A stretch of DNA of 64,000 bases from Polyangiales bacterium (GTDB lineage Bacteria; Myxococcota_A; Polyangia; Polyangiales; Ga0077539), in assembly GCA_044229975.1 (NCBI GenBank), contig JBGARZ010000008.1, positions 1 through 64,000 on the forward strand. The letters run 5' to 3'. The notes beneath the pieces are model-generated. The model was not told the DNA's origin, ran no database searches, and worked only from the letters and a program-made list of their open reading frames with translations. Below are positions 37,763-48,724 of this stretch, one piece after another. The position numbers and the translations under genes were made by a program. Position 1 is the first letter of the stretch. Each line of letters begins with the position of its first letter.

Positions 37763-38764
37763 TCAGTCCCGCTCGTGACCCGCGGCGCGCGTCATCAGGT
37801 CGTGCACCGCGTCGCTGAGCGGCTTCCCGTGATACAGCGCCAGGTAAACCTGCTCCGTGATGGGCATCGACACGCCCTCGCGCTGCGACAGATCCCACGC
37901 GCTCTTCGCGGTGCGAACGCCCTCGGCAACCTGCCGCATCCCGCCCAGGATCTCCGTCAGCGACTTCCCCTGCCCCAACTCGAAGCCCACGTGCCGGTTG
38001 CGCGACAGGTCGCCCGTGCACGTCAGCACGAGGTCGCCCATGCCCGCTAGCCCCGCCAGCGTCAGCGCGTCGCCGCCCATCTTCATCGTCAGCCGCGCGA
38101 TCTCCGCCAGGCCCCGCGTGATGAGCGCCGCGCGCGTGTTGTGCCCATAGCCGAGCCCGTCGCTCGCGCCCGCCGCGATGGCCACGACGTTCTTCAGGGC
38201 GCCGCCGACCTCCACGCCCACCACGTCGTCGCTCAGGTACACGCGGAAGCGATCGTCGGTCCAGAACGCGCCCTGCACCGTGCGCGCGAGCGCGAGGTCG
38301 TGCGCAGCGGCCACCACCACCGTCGGCAGCCCCGCGGCCACCTCGCGCGCAAACGACGGCCCCGACAACGCCACGAAGGTGCGCTTCGACCACGGCACCT
38401 CTGCCGCGATGATCTCGTGCACGAACTCCAGCGAGTCCTGCTCGATGCCCTTGGTCGCGCTCACCACGGGAATACCCTGCGGGATAAAATCAGCGCTCGC
38501 CCGCAGCACCTCGCGCAGCCCGTGCGTCGGAACCGCCACCAGCAACATCTCCGCGGCCGCGAGCGCGTCTTCGAGCGACGACGTCGCCCGCAGCGTGTCG
38601 GCGAAGCGCGCCCCAGGGAGAAACGTCGCGTTCTCCCGCGTCGCCTGGATGGCGTGCGCCAGCTCCGGGCGCCGCCCCCAGAGCGCGACGTCGTGACCGT
38701 TGTCCGCGAGCACCTTCGCGAGGGCGCTGCCCCAGCTTCCCGATCCAAGCACCGCGACCTTCAT
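37763..38764 (-). CDS. gpsA: NAD(P)H-dependent glycerol-3-phosphate dehydrogenase
   Basis: GSGSWGSALA, ATKGIE, LSGPSFA, GGALKNV, GMGDLVLTC..SRNR; GGAGG RBS. Confidence 0.96.
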   Translation of the reverse strand: MKVAVLGSGSWGSALAKVLADNGHDVALWGRRPELAHAIQATRENATFLPGARFADTLRATSSLEDALAAAEMLLVAVPTHGLREVLRASADFIPQGIPVVSATKGIEQDSLEFVHEIIAAEVPWSKRTFVALSGPSFAREVAAGLPTVVVAAAHDLALARTVQGAFWTDDRFRVYLSDDVVGVEVGGALKNVVAIAAGASDGLGYGHNTRAALITRGLAEIARLTMKMGGDALTLAGLAGMGDLVLTCTGDLSRNRHVGFELGQGKSLTEILGGMRQVAEGVRTAKSAWDLSQREGVSMPITEQVYLALYHGKPLSDAVHDLMTRAAGHERD

Positions 38765-38807
38765 CGTCGCCTCCCGATGGGCGACGGTAGCCCCGCGGGG
38801 CCGCGCG

Positions 38808-41636
38808 TTACAACGGTTCAGTGCCGCCGCGGCGCGCCATCAACCGCAGCCCGTTGCCCGGGTCGGCCACCAGCAACGACCACGGCTCGGACGGCGAGTT
38901 GGGCTGCACGGGAAACACCCGCAGGTTGCCCGCGCCGTCGCCGCTCAGCGTGAGGCGTCCGCCCACCTCGCCGCTGCGCGCGTCGAAGAGGGTGAGCAGC
39001 GTCTGCCGACCGGTGGTGCCGACCACGAGGTCGGGCGTGTCGTTGCCGTTGAGATCGCCCGAGAGCGCGACCGGCCACCCGAAGGCGGTGCCCTGCTCGC
39101 TGGCCGGCGGCGTCACCGTGAGCAACGTGCTGCCGTTGACCCCCGAGAGGATCAACACGGGCGCCGCGTTGTCGTGCTGGTCGGTGCCCACCGCGACATC
39201 ACCGCGGCCGTCGCCGTTGACGTCGGGCCCGAGCGAGAGGCTCTGCGCGCTGCGACCCACGGGGCGACAGAACGGCTCGGACCACACCGGCGCGCCGTTG
39301 GCCCCGGAGTAGAGCTGCACGCAGCGCCTCCGGTCACCACCCGCCGCCGAGTTGCCCATCGGGCCGATGCCCATGACCACGTCCGACACGCCGTCCCCCG
39401 TCGCGTCGGGACCCACCGCGAGGCCGAGCTCCACCGGCTGGCCGATGCGACCGAGGGTGTTGGAGCCGTTGACCGACCAGAGCACCCGCTGCCGCCGCAG
39501 GCTGATGGCCCGCACCTCCGAGGGCTCACCCGGGCCGTTGGGCTCGGTGTAGACCACCGTCACGACATCACCCTCGCTGCCGCGAACGGTGTAGCCGCCG
39601 CCGAGCGCGATGCCCCGCGCGCCCGGAACCGCGATGGTGCGCCACACCCGCAGCGACCGCGCGTCGATGACCACGATGCCCGTCGCGTTGGCCGTGGTGG
39701 CCACCACGTCGTCGGTGCCGTCGTCGGTCACGTCGGGGACCACGCCGAGGTCGAAGCCCGCGCACGCCACGACCCCACGGAAGGACCCCAGCGTCGGCCC
39801 ACCGCTCAACGGGTGGATGACCACCGTCGGGCCCGCCTCGCCGCCCGGCAGGCAGCTCACGGCGATGCGCTGCGCGCCCGACGGACCGCTCACCGCAGCG
39901 TGACGCGCGAAGTCCGACAGCGCGTCGGTGCCCGCGAGCCCAGGGCCCGGATTGAACGTCCGCAACTGCTCCAGGTTGGCCGCAGGGATGGTGCTGGTCC
40001 CGCCTCCATCGGCCCGGTCGTTGGTGGCGCGTCCGGGGCCGGTGGGGGTGGTGGGGGTGGTCGGCCCGGGGCCGCCTTCGCCGACGAGCTTGAAGGCGAC
40101 GGCACCCACCACCGCAAGCGCACCCACCACCGCGAGCACCGTCACCACGGGTGACCGACTGTTGGCCGGTGTCGGCGGCGTCTGGAACGACCGCGGCGCG
40201 GGACGATCGATGGTCACGCGGCCGAAGCCCTCGCCGCTCAAGCGATCGCCGCTGATGCGTTCGCCCGCGATGGACGTCGGCGTGACCGGTGGGAGATCGA
40301 GGTCGAAGCTGGCCGCCGGAGGCAGCGACGGAACGCCCGTCGAAGGCACCGGCGACACGCGTCCCGAGTCGCCCGGGTTGGTCGTCGTCGCCGAGTTGCG
40401 CTCCGACGCGAGGGCCGCCGCGGCGAGCGCCTCGCGTCGAACAGCCCCGGAGCCTCGGCTCACGGGCTCTTCCCGCGAGCGCGTCGCGTCGACCTCCACC
40501 ACACGCACGGCACCAGCGCCTCCGGGGCGCATCACCCCGACGGCCTGACCGAGCGCGGGCGTCGGCCGACGCAGCGACGCCGCCAGGGAGATGGGCTTCT
40601 CCCGACTGTTGCCGCCGCGGAGATTGCCCGGGACGATCTCGGCCTTCGGAACGGGGCCATCGGCCACCACGCGCTCTTCGGCGCTCGCCGAGAGCGTCTC
40701 GGGCGGAGGCCGTCGGGGCGTCGTGACGATCGCGCCGCGCGTGGGCGTCGGAGCCTTGGAGACCCGCGCGGAGTCGGCCTCGTTGCGCGCGTCTTCGAGG
40801 GCCTTCGCCATCTCCTCGGCGCTGTGGAAGCGCGGCTCGATGTCGCGCAGCAACGAACGGTCGATGACCGCGCTGACGGACCTGGGCACCGACGGTTCGA
40901 GCGACGCCACCGACGGCGCCGCGGTGGTGGCGATCTTCACCAGGATGTCGGTGGTGGTCTCGCTCGCGAAGGGCGTCTGCGAGACGAGGCACTCGAAGAG
41001 CACGATGCCCAGCGACCACAGGTCGCTCTCGGGGCCGATGTTGGTGCCGCGGCTCTGCTCCGGGGACATGTACTCGGGCGTGCCGAGGATCATCCCCTGC
41101 TGCGTGAGCTTCTGGCCGCGCTGCGTGACGTGCGCGATGCCGAAGTCGAGCAGCTTCGCCTGGCTGCTGCCGTCCTGCTTGCGGACGATGTAGATGTTCC
41201 CGGGCTTGATGTCGCGGTGGATGATCTTGTTGCGGTGCGCCTCGGCGAGCGCGCCCAGCAGGTCGATGCCGATGGCGACGGTCTCACCCCAGGTCAGCTT
41301 GCGGACGCGCGAGAGCGTGGTCTCGAGCGACTCGCCGTTGAGCAGCTCCAGCGCGATGTACACCGTGCCGTCGGGGTCGGTGCCCGCGTCGAGCACCTGC
41401 ACGATGCCGTCGTGCCGGATGCGCGCCATCGCCCGCGCCTCCATGAGGAAGCGCTCGGTGATTTGTTCGGTCGTGGTGAGGTGCGGGTGCAGCAGCTTGA
41501 GCGCCACCTCGCGGCCCGTGACGTTGTGCACGGCCTCGAACACCGAGCTGAACCCGCCCTCTCCGAGCAGCCTTCGGATTTCATAACGACCCGCAACAGT
41601 CGTTCCGATGCGTTCACTGGGAGATAGGCTGGGCAT
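38808..41636 (-). CDS. Transmembrane Ser/Thr protein kinase with C-terminal FG-GAP (integrin-alpha-like) repeats
   Basis: LGEGGFS, VALK, HRDIKPGN, DFGIA, GTPEYMSPEQ; one TM; DVNGDGRGDVAVG, DLNGNDTPDLVVG, DATGDGVSDVVMG repeats. Confidence 0.92.
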   Translation of the reverse strand: MPSLSPSERIGTTVAGRYEIRRLLGEGGFSSVFEAVHNVTGREVALKLLHPHLTTTEQITERFLMEARAMARIRHDGIVQVLDAGTDPDGTVYIALELLNGESLETTLSRVRKLTWGETVAIGIDLLGALAEAHRNKIIHRDIKPGNIYIVRKQDGSSQAKLLDFGIAHVTQRGQKLTQQGMILGTPEYMSPEQSRGTNIGPESDLWSLGIVLFECLVSQTPFASETTTDILVKIATTAAPSVASLEPSVPRSVSAVIDRSLLRDIEPRFHSAEEMAKALEDARNEADSARVSKAPTPTRGAIVTTPRRPPPETLSASAEERVVADGPVPKAEIVPGNLRGGNSREKPISLAASLRRPTPALGQAVGVMRPGGAGAVRVVEVDATRSREEPVSRGSGAVRREALAAAALASERNSATTTNPGDSGRVSPVPSTGVPSLPPAASFDLDLPPVTPTSIAGERISGDRLSGEGFGRVTIDRPAPRSFQTPPTPANSRSPVVTVLAVVGALAVVGAVAFKLVGEGGPGPTTPTTPTGPGRATNDRADGGGTSTIPAANLEQLRTFNPGPGLAGTDALSDFARHAAVSGPSGAQRIAVSCLPGGEAGPTVVIHPLSGGPTLGSFRGVVACAGFDLGVVPDVTDDGTDDVVATTANATGIVVIDARSLRVWRTIAVPGARGIALGGGYTVRGSEGDVVTVVYTEPNGPGEPSEVRAISLRRQRVLWSVNGSNTLGRIGQPVELGLAVGPDATGDGVSDVVMGIGPMGNSAAGGDRRRCVQLYSGANGAPVWSEPFCRPVGRSAQSLSLGPDVNGDGRGDVAVGTDQHDNAAPVLILSGVNGSTLLTVTPPASEQGTAFGWPVALSGDLNGNDTPDLVVGTTGRQTLLTLFDARSGEVGGRLTLSGDGAGNLRVFPVQPNSPSEPWSLLVADPGNGLRLMARRGGTEPL

Positions 41637-41658
41637 CGCGCGGTCGAGGGCTGCGATG

Positions 41659-43452
41659 CTACTGCAAGGTGACGCGGGCCGTCACCTCTTCTCCCAACTC
41701 TGGCACCCACTGTTTCTCGTACGCCCGGACAAAGTTTGTCTCGTCGTCGTCGAGCAGGGCGCCGTCGATGAGTCGCTTGTCCAGTGGGGCGAAAGTCAGC
41801 GGAACGACCCGGAGGTACCCCGGCGCATCACCGTCTTCGACCACCGTGCAGAGGTTCTCGATGCGCACCCCGCCAACCCCTTCGACGTAGAGCCCCGGCT
41901 CGATGGAGAACACATGCCCCGGCTCCAGCGTCGCGGTGGCGGTCTTCCCGATGGAGGGCGGCGCCTCGTGGACGTTGATGCCCACGCCGTGGCCCGTGCC
42001 GTGGGCGTAGTCCTGGCCCTCGCGCCAGAGGGGTCGCCGGGTGATGCCATCGAGCTGCGCGCCGGAGGCGTTCTTGGGGATTCGCGCGGTCATGCCGGCG
42101 ATGGCGGCCTTGAGGGTAAGGGTATAGAGCCGCTGCTGCGCGGGGGTCGGGGAAGCTTCGGGGCCGCCGACGAAGAAGGTGCGGGTGAGGTCGGTGGCGA
42201 AGCCCTCCTCGAAGTAGCAGCCCGTGTCGAGGAGCATGAGCTCACCCGCGCGGATGACGGCTTCGTCGCTCGGCGGGTGGTGCACCGACGCGCCGTTGAC
42301 CCCGAAGGCCGAGATCACCCTGAACGACAACCCCACCGCGCCGGCCGCGCGAAACAGCCGCTCGACCTGCGCGGCGAAGCCCGTTTCGGTGACGCGCTCG
42401 CCCTGCGCCACGTGATGGTTGAGCCACGTCTGGGCCCGGTCGACGACCTGGTCGGCGCGGCCCAGCGCGCGCTTCATCGCGTCGAGCTCGGGCGGGGTCT
42501 TCTTCGCCTTCGCGGCGACCACGGGCGAGGTCGTCGCCAGCACGTCGAGGCCGAGGGCGTCGACGCGGTCGCGCAGTCCTGACGAGACGCTGGCGGGGTC
42601 GAGCGCCACGCGCGCCTTGCGTCCGTCGCGGGGGAGCGCCGAGAGCAGCGACCACAGCGCCGCGTCGTCGACGAAGCGGATGGAGGGTCGGGCGGCGCGC
42701 ACCGCGTCGGTCACGGGCGCGACGCGCACCGACAGGTAGAGGGCGTCGCGGGTGACGACGCCGAGCGCGCGAAACGTCGCTTGATAGGGCATCTCCTGGC
42801 CGCGCAGGTTGGAGAGCCACGCGAGCTCGTCGAGCTTCGTGACGAGGAGGGCGTCGGCGCTCTTCTTCTTGAGCCACGCGGCGACGAGGTCGACCTTCTC
42901 GTCGACGGTGCGGCCGAGGGACGACTCGTCGACCACGCGGAGCTCCCCGCTGCCAGTGACGGTGGGAGCGACCGGACCACGCGCGCGGACGAGCGGCGAT
43001 GTCTCGGGCACGACCCAACGGATGGCCGCGCCGGCGAGCTCCTGACGGAAGGCGTTGAAGGTGTTGACGGCGTAGTGATGGGGTTCGTACGCGACGGCGA
43101 GGGTGGCGCCCTCGGGGAGCGCAGCGACGAGGTCGGCGAGGGTGTTGGCGCAGGCGGTCTCGTTGGCGAGGCCGAGGGGGTTCTTCACCGGGGTCCAGAG
43201 CGCGAGGTCGAGCTCGAGGTCGGCCTGGACGTGGTAGCGACCGTCGACGAAGAGCCACGCGCGGTCGAGGGTCACGAGCGCGTCGCCGAGGCTGCCGGTG
43301 AAGCCCGACAGCCACACGCGTCCGCTCTCCGCCTCCGGAACATACTCGCTCAGGTAATCGTCGGTGCCCCGCACGATCAGCGCGTCGACCTTCCCATCCG
43401 CCATCGCGGCGCGCACCCGCGCCAACCGCTCCGCCATCTCCGTGGTGCTCAT
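41659..43452 (-). CDS. Xaa-Pro aminopeptidase (M24, long creatinase-domain type)
   Basis: SGFTGSLG, FVDGRY, DTG...TDLTRT, HGTGHGVGINVHEAP, SIEPGLY, GVRIEN. Confidence 0.92.
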   Translation of the reverse strand: MSTTEMAERLARVRAAMADGKVDALIVRGTDDYLSEYVPEAESGRVWLSGFTGSLGDALVTLDRAWLFVDGRYHVQADLELDLALWTPVKNPLGLANETACANTLADLVAALPEGATLAVAYEPHHYAVNTFNAFRQELAGAAIRWVVPETSPLVRARGPVAPTVTGSGELRVVDESSLGRTVDEKVDLVAAWLKKKSADALLVTKLDELAWLSNLRGQEMPYQATFRALGVVTRDALYLSVRVAPVTDAVRAARPSIRFVDDAALWSLLSALPRDGRKARVALDPASVSSGLRDRVDALGLDVLATTSPVVAAKAKKTPPELDAMKRALGRADQVVDRAQTWLNHHVAQGERVTETGFAAQVERLFRAAGAVGLSFRVISAFGVNGASVHHPPSDEAVIRAGELMLLDTGCYFEEGFATDLTRTFFVGGPEASPTPAQQRLYTLTLKAAIAGMTARIPKNASGAQLDGITRRPLWREGQDYAHGTGHGVGINVHEAPPSIGKTATATLEPGHVFSIEPGLYVEGVGGVRIENLCTVVEDGDAPGYLRVVPLTFAPLDKRLIDGALLDDDETNFVRAYEKQWVPELGEEVTARVTLQ

Positions 43453-43548
43453 CGCCGCGGACGGTATCACCGCCCCGACGACCCAGAGGAGTCGGAGAGA
43501 CCGAGCGCGCCCCTCGTGCGTCCATGGCGGGCAGAGAGGAGTTTCCCA

Positions 43549-43809
43549 ATGTTCATGTCCCGCGTGTGTTCATCTCTGCTTGGCGCGATGGTGCTCGTCC
43601 CAACCCTCGCGTCGGCCCAACCACCCCCAGGCCCGACGCCCACGTCGCGCGACCAGACCTTCACCTTCGATGACCAGCTCGTGGAGGGGTCTCTGCTGCG
43701 ACCCGATCAGGCCACGGTGCGAGGGCGCGTCCGTCACAACGGCCCGTCGCTCATCCGCCACCGCGCGCACTTCGTCCCCGAGATGCTCCGCTCTGCCGAG
43801 CGGCTGTAG
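43549..43809 (+). CDS. CglF/GltF-like small exported protein (adventurous gliding family)
   Basis: AGGAG RBS; signal ASA-Q; FTFDDQLVEGSLLRPD...SLIRHRAHFVPEMLRSAERL resembles the CglF C-terminal signature. Confidence 0.75.
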   Translation: MFMSRVCSSLLGAMVLVPTLASAQPPPGPTPTSRDQTFTFDDQLVEGSLLRPDQATVRGRVRHNGPSLIRHRAHFVPEMLRSAERL

Positions 43810-43882
43810 ACAAGCTCCAACGATGGGCAGCGCCCCCCCGCTTCGCTCCGGGTGAGGAGCGTTGAGCGGACGTGGGCGCCGC

Positions 43883-45571
<1,689 letters not shown>

Positions 45572-45775
45572 CGCTCCCTGCGCATGTGACGCGGGAGTGT
45601 ACGACAGCTTGGTCGCCAGCCGGGCAACTCGTGACGTCGCCGCCGCCACCGCCGCCACCGCCGCCACTGGCGGCGGCCCGGATGGCGACCATCCCAACGC
45701 TTGAAAACAAGCATAATTCGTCGCCCCGCGCGCTGGCACGCCTCGTGGTGAATCCCCCTCCCGGAGGAACCACCC

Positions 45776-47287
45776 TTGTTAGCTACCACCCACGCCAGCA
45801 CCCTCATCGGCCTCGACTCGCACCCCGTCCAGGTGGAGGTCGACATCGCCCGCGGCCTGCCCGCCTTCGACCTCGTCGGCCTCGCCGAGGTGGCAGTGCG
45901 CGAGTCCCGCACCCGCGTCCGCGCCGCCATGGAGCAGGCGGGCTACCCCTTCCCCCTGCGCAGGGTGACGGTGAACCTCGCGCCCGCCGACGTGAAGAAG
46001 GCCGGCACGGGCTTCGACCTCGCCATCGCCGTCGCGACGCTCGCGGCCTCGGGCGACTGCCCCGCCGAGGGGCTCGACGGCTGGCTCATGCTCGGGGAGC
46101 TCTCGCTCACCGGCAGCGTGCGCCCGGTGCGAGGAATACTCCCCCAGGTATTGGCCGCCCGCGACCGGGGCATGCGCGGCGCCATCGTCCCCATCGAGAA
46201 CGGCGCCGAGGCCGCGGTGGTGGAGGGGATCGAGGTGCGCGGGGCCGAGACGCTGCGCGGCGTGTGCGAATTTCTGTGCGGGCGCGGTGAGCTCCAGCGC
46301 ATCGACCCGACGCGGGTGGCCGACTTCGCGACCAGCGACGCGGAGGAGCTGCTCGATCTCATCGACGTTCGCGGGCAGTCGCACGCCAAGCGCGCGCTGG
46401 AGATCGCGGCGACGGGCGGGCACAACGTGATGCTCATGGGCCCGCCGGGCGGCGGGAAGACGATGCTCGCGCGGGTGCTGCCGACGCTGCTGCCGCCGCT
46501 CACGTTTCGCGAGGCGATGGAGGTGACGGCGGTGCACTCCGTCGCGGGCTCGCTGCGACCGGGCGTGGCGCTGTTGAAGGACCGACCGTTTCGCGCGCCG
46601 CATCACACGGCGAGCGCGGCGGGGCTGGCGGGCGGTGGGGATCCGCCGCGGCCGGGGGAGATCGCGCTGGCGCACAACGGGGTGCTCTTCCTCGACGAGC
46701 TGCCGGAGTTTCCGCGCGAGAGCCTGGAGGCGCTGCGCGAGCCGTTGGAGGAAGGGCACATCACCATCGTGCGGGCGCGCTCGCGGGCGAGGTACCCGGC
46801 GAGGTTCACGTTGGTGGCGGCGATGAACCCCTGCCCGTGTGGCTACGCGGGCGACCCGTCGGACCGCTGCGACTGCTCCGAGGAGCGCGTGAAGCGCTAC
46901 CGCGGCCGCATCTCCGGTCCGTTGATGGATCGTATCGACCTGTTGGTTCCGCTACCGCCGGTGCGGGCGGCGCAGTTGACGGAGGGGGCGTCGGGGCCGT
47001 CGAGCGGGGAGGTGCGGGCGCGTGTTGCCGCCGGGCGAGCGATGGCCGTGGCGCGAAGCGGGGACTGCAACGCGCGACTCAACGTGCGGCAACTGCGGGA
47101 GGTGGCGGCGCTCGACGCGATGAGCACGCGACTGCTGACGGACGCGAGCGACCGGCTGGGGCTGAGCGCGCGGGCGATTCATCGGGTGATGAAGCTGGCG
47201 AGGACGATCGCCGACCTGGATGGGAGCGGCGCGGTGATGGCGCACCACCTCGCGGAGGCCATCGGGTATCGGGTGACGGAGGCGTAG
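45776..47287 (+). CDS. comM: YifB/ComM Mg-chelatase-like AAA+ ATPase
   Basis: VEVDIARGLP, NLAPADVKK, GELSLTG, GPPGGGKT, PFRAPHHTAS, FLDELPEF, AMNPCPCG, ARTIADL. Confidence 0.93.
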   Translation: MLATTHASTLIGLDSHPVQVEVDIARGLPAFDLVGLAEVAVRESRTRVRAAMEQAGYPFPLRRVTVNLAPADVKKAGTGFDLAIAVATLAASGDCPAEGLDGWLMLGELSLTGSVRPVRGILPQVLAARDRGMRGAIVPIENGAEAAVVEGIEVRGAETLRGVCEFLCGRGELQRIDPTRVADFATSDAEELLDLIDVRGQSHAKRALEIAATGGHNVMLMGPPGGGKTMLARVLPTLLPPLTFREAMEVTAVHSVAGSLRPGVALLKDRPFRAPHHTASAAGLAGGGDPPRPGEIALAHNGVLFLDELPEFPRESLEALREPLEEGHITIVRARSRARYPARFTLVAAMNPCPCGYAGDPSDRCDCSEERVKRYRGRISGPLMDRIDLLVPLPPVRAAQLTEGASGPSSGEVRARVAAGRAMAVARSGDCNARLNVRQLREVAALDAMSTRLLTDASDRLGLSARAIHRVMKLARTIADLDGSGAVMAHHLAEAIGYRVTEA

Positions 47288-47317
47288 GGGATGGACGGCG
47301 TGCGACGGGGCAGTGGC

Positions 47318-47405
47318 CGGAGTTCGCGTGGGCCCATGCGTCGGCGTGCAGTCGCTCACTCCGGGCTATTTCACGCGGTCACCCCGCTGCGCGGGGTTGC
47401 GGGGA
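47318..47405. repeat. Left 88-bp inverted repeat (REP-like) of the Y1 element
   Basis: 82/88 identical to the reverse complement of 47828-47915; internal hairpin ccccgc-tgc-gcgggg and cggagt...actccg arms. Confidence 0.95.
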
Positions 47406-47421
47406 TTGGAGGGTTGAGTCG

Positions 47422-47862
47422 ATGACGACGTCGTACACCCGTCTGTATGTGCACCTGGTCTGGGGGACCTTCGAGCGCGCGCCCGCGCTGGATGCGCCAA
47501 GAGCGCGACGGGTTCATGGACTTCTCGATCGCATCTGCCTGGCGCGCGATTGTCAGGCCTACGCGGTCGGAGGCGTCGAGGATCACGTCCATGTGCTGGT
47601 CGCATTGCATCAGTCGGTGGCAGTCGCCGACCTCGTGCGGGCGCTGAAGGTCGGGACCTCGCAGTTCGTCGCCCGCCGACTGAACGTCCCGGGCTTCTCC
47701 TGGCAGGAGGGATACGGCGCCTACTCGATCCGGGACGAGGACTGCGAGACCGTCCGTCGCTACGTCCGCGAGCAGCCGCTCCACCACGCGCGCCAGACTC
47801 TCATCGACGTGCTGGAGCGCACCGAAGTCCCTGCAACCCCGCGCAGCGGGGTGACCACGTGA
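47422..47862 (+). CDS. tnpA: Y1 (HUH) tyrosine transposase, IS200/IS605 TnpA or RAYT-like
   Basis: YVHLVWGT, HUH motif DHVHVL, LKVGTS, FSWQEGYGAYS, catalytic RYVREQ..HH; GGAGG RBS. Confidence 0.93.
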   Translation: MTTSYTRLYVHLVWGTFERAPALDAPRARRVHGLLDRICLARDCQAYAVGGVEDHVHVLVALHQSVAVADLVRALKVGTSQFVARRLNVPGFSWQEGYGAYSIRDEDCETVRRYVREQPLHHARQTLIDVLERTEVPATPRSGVTT

Positions 47863-47915
47863 AATAGCCCGGAGTGAGCGACTGCACATCGACGCACGGG
47901 ACCACGCGAACTCCG
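47828..47915. repeat. Right 88-bp inverted repeat (REP-like) of the Y1 element
   Basis: Reverse complement of 47318-47405 with 6 mismatches; overlaps the tnpA 3' end and stop codon. Confidence 0.95.
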
Positions 47916-47922
47916 CCCTCTC

Positions 47923-48555
47923 CTACCGAGCCGCTCGCACCGCCGCGAGCACCTCGGTCGAGTGCCCGTCCACGCTCACGTCCGGAAACACCCGCGCCAC
48001 GTGACCGTCGCGCCCGATGACCACCGTCGTCCGCGCGGTGAACCCCGCCCGCACTGGAACCCCGAACGCACCCGCCAGACGACCCTCGGTGTCCGCGATG
48101 AGCCCGTAGGGCAGCTGGTGGTTCTGCGCGAAGCCGCGGTGCGAGTCCGCCGCGTCGGTGCTCACGCCGAAGATCTCCGCCCCCGCCTCCGTGTACGCCG
48201 AGTACGCGTCGCGGAACGAGCACGCCTCCCGCGTGCACCCCGGCGTCTCGTCGCGCGGGTAGAAGTACAACACCAGCACCCGCTCGCGGGCGCCGCCGTT
48301 GCTCTCCACCCGGTGGCCATCGTGTGCGGTCGCCACGAAGCTCGGCGCGGCGTCACCCTGCGCGATGAGCGCCTCGCGCGCGGGCGAGGTCACCGTCAGC
48401 GACGCCGCAGCCGTCGGCGCCGCAGGCGCAGCGGTCGGCGCAGGCGTGTTGCTGTGAGCCGTCGCCGTCGTTGGCGTGGCGGCCGCCGGGCTCGGCGCGC
48501 GCGAACACCCCATCACCACCAGACACCCGCCCAGCACCATCGTCGTCGTCTTCAT
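47923..48555 (-). CDS. bcp: Peroxiredoxin (Bcp/PrxQ) with lipoprotein signal
   Basis: LYFYPRDETPGCTREACSFRD; N-terminal lipobox VVMGC and Ala/Pro/Thr linker. Confidence 0.88.
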   Translation of the reverse strand: MKTTTMVLGGCLVVMGCSRAPSPAAATPTTATAHSNTPAPTAAPAAPTAAASLTVTSPAREALIAQGDAAPSFVATAHDGHRVESNGGARERVLVLYFYPRDETPGCTREACSFRDAYSAYTEAGAEIFGVSTDAADSHRGFAQNHQLPYGLIADTEGRLAGAFGVPVRAGFTARTTVVIGRDGHVARVFPDVSVDGHSTEVLAAVRAAR

Positions 48556-48724
48556 GCCCGTCAGATGCAGCCCAGCACCCGCCGGGCGCAAGGCCCCCGC
48601 CGCGGGCAGTCCCCGCTTGACGCCCACCGCCCTCCGCGCGTACCGCCCGAATCGCGGCCACGGTCGGAACCACCGCGCGATGAATGGCATCGCGCCCGAC
48701 CGGCAACCGACCGAAGACCTTCGC

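Larger units (their letters stand above)
47318..47915 (+). mobile_element. REPtron-like unit: solo TnpA(Y1) flanked by inverted palindromic repeats
   Basis: About 600-bp unit between convergent comM and bcp; no tnpB; long inverted flanks. Confidence 0.75.

Noticed and set aside
46837..47421. Extended N-terminus of tnpA
   Set aside because: Overlaps comM out of frame; the RBS and Y1 homology begin at 47422.
47318..47915. TnpB/IscB RNA-guided nuclease system
   Set aside because: No RuvC- or HNH-containing ORF is adjacent; only TnpA is present.
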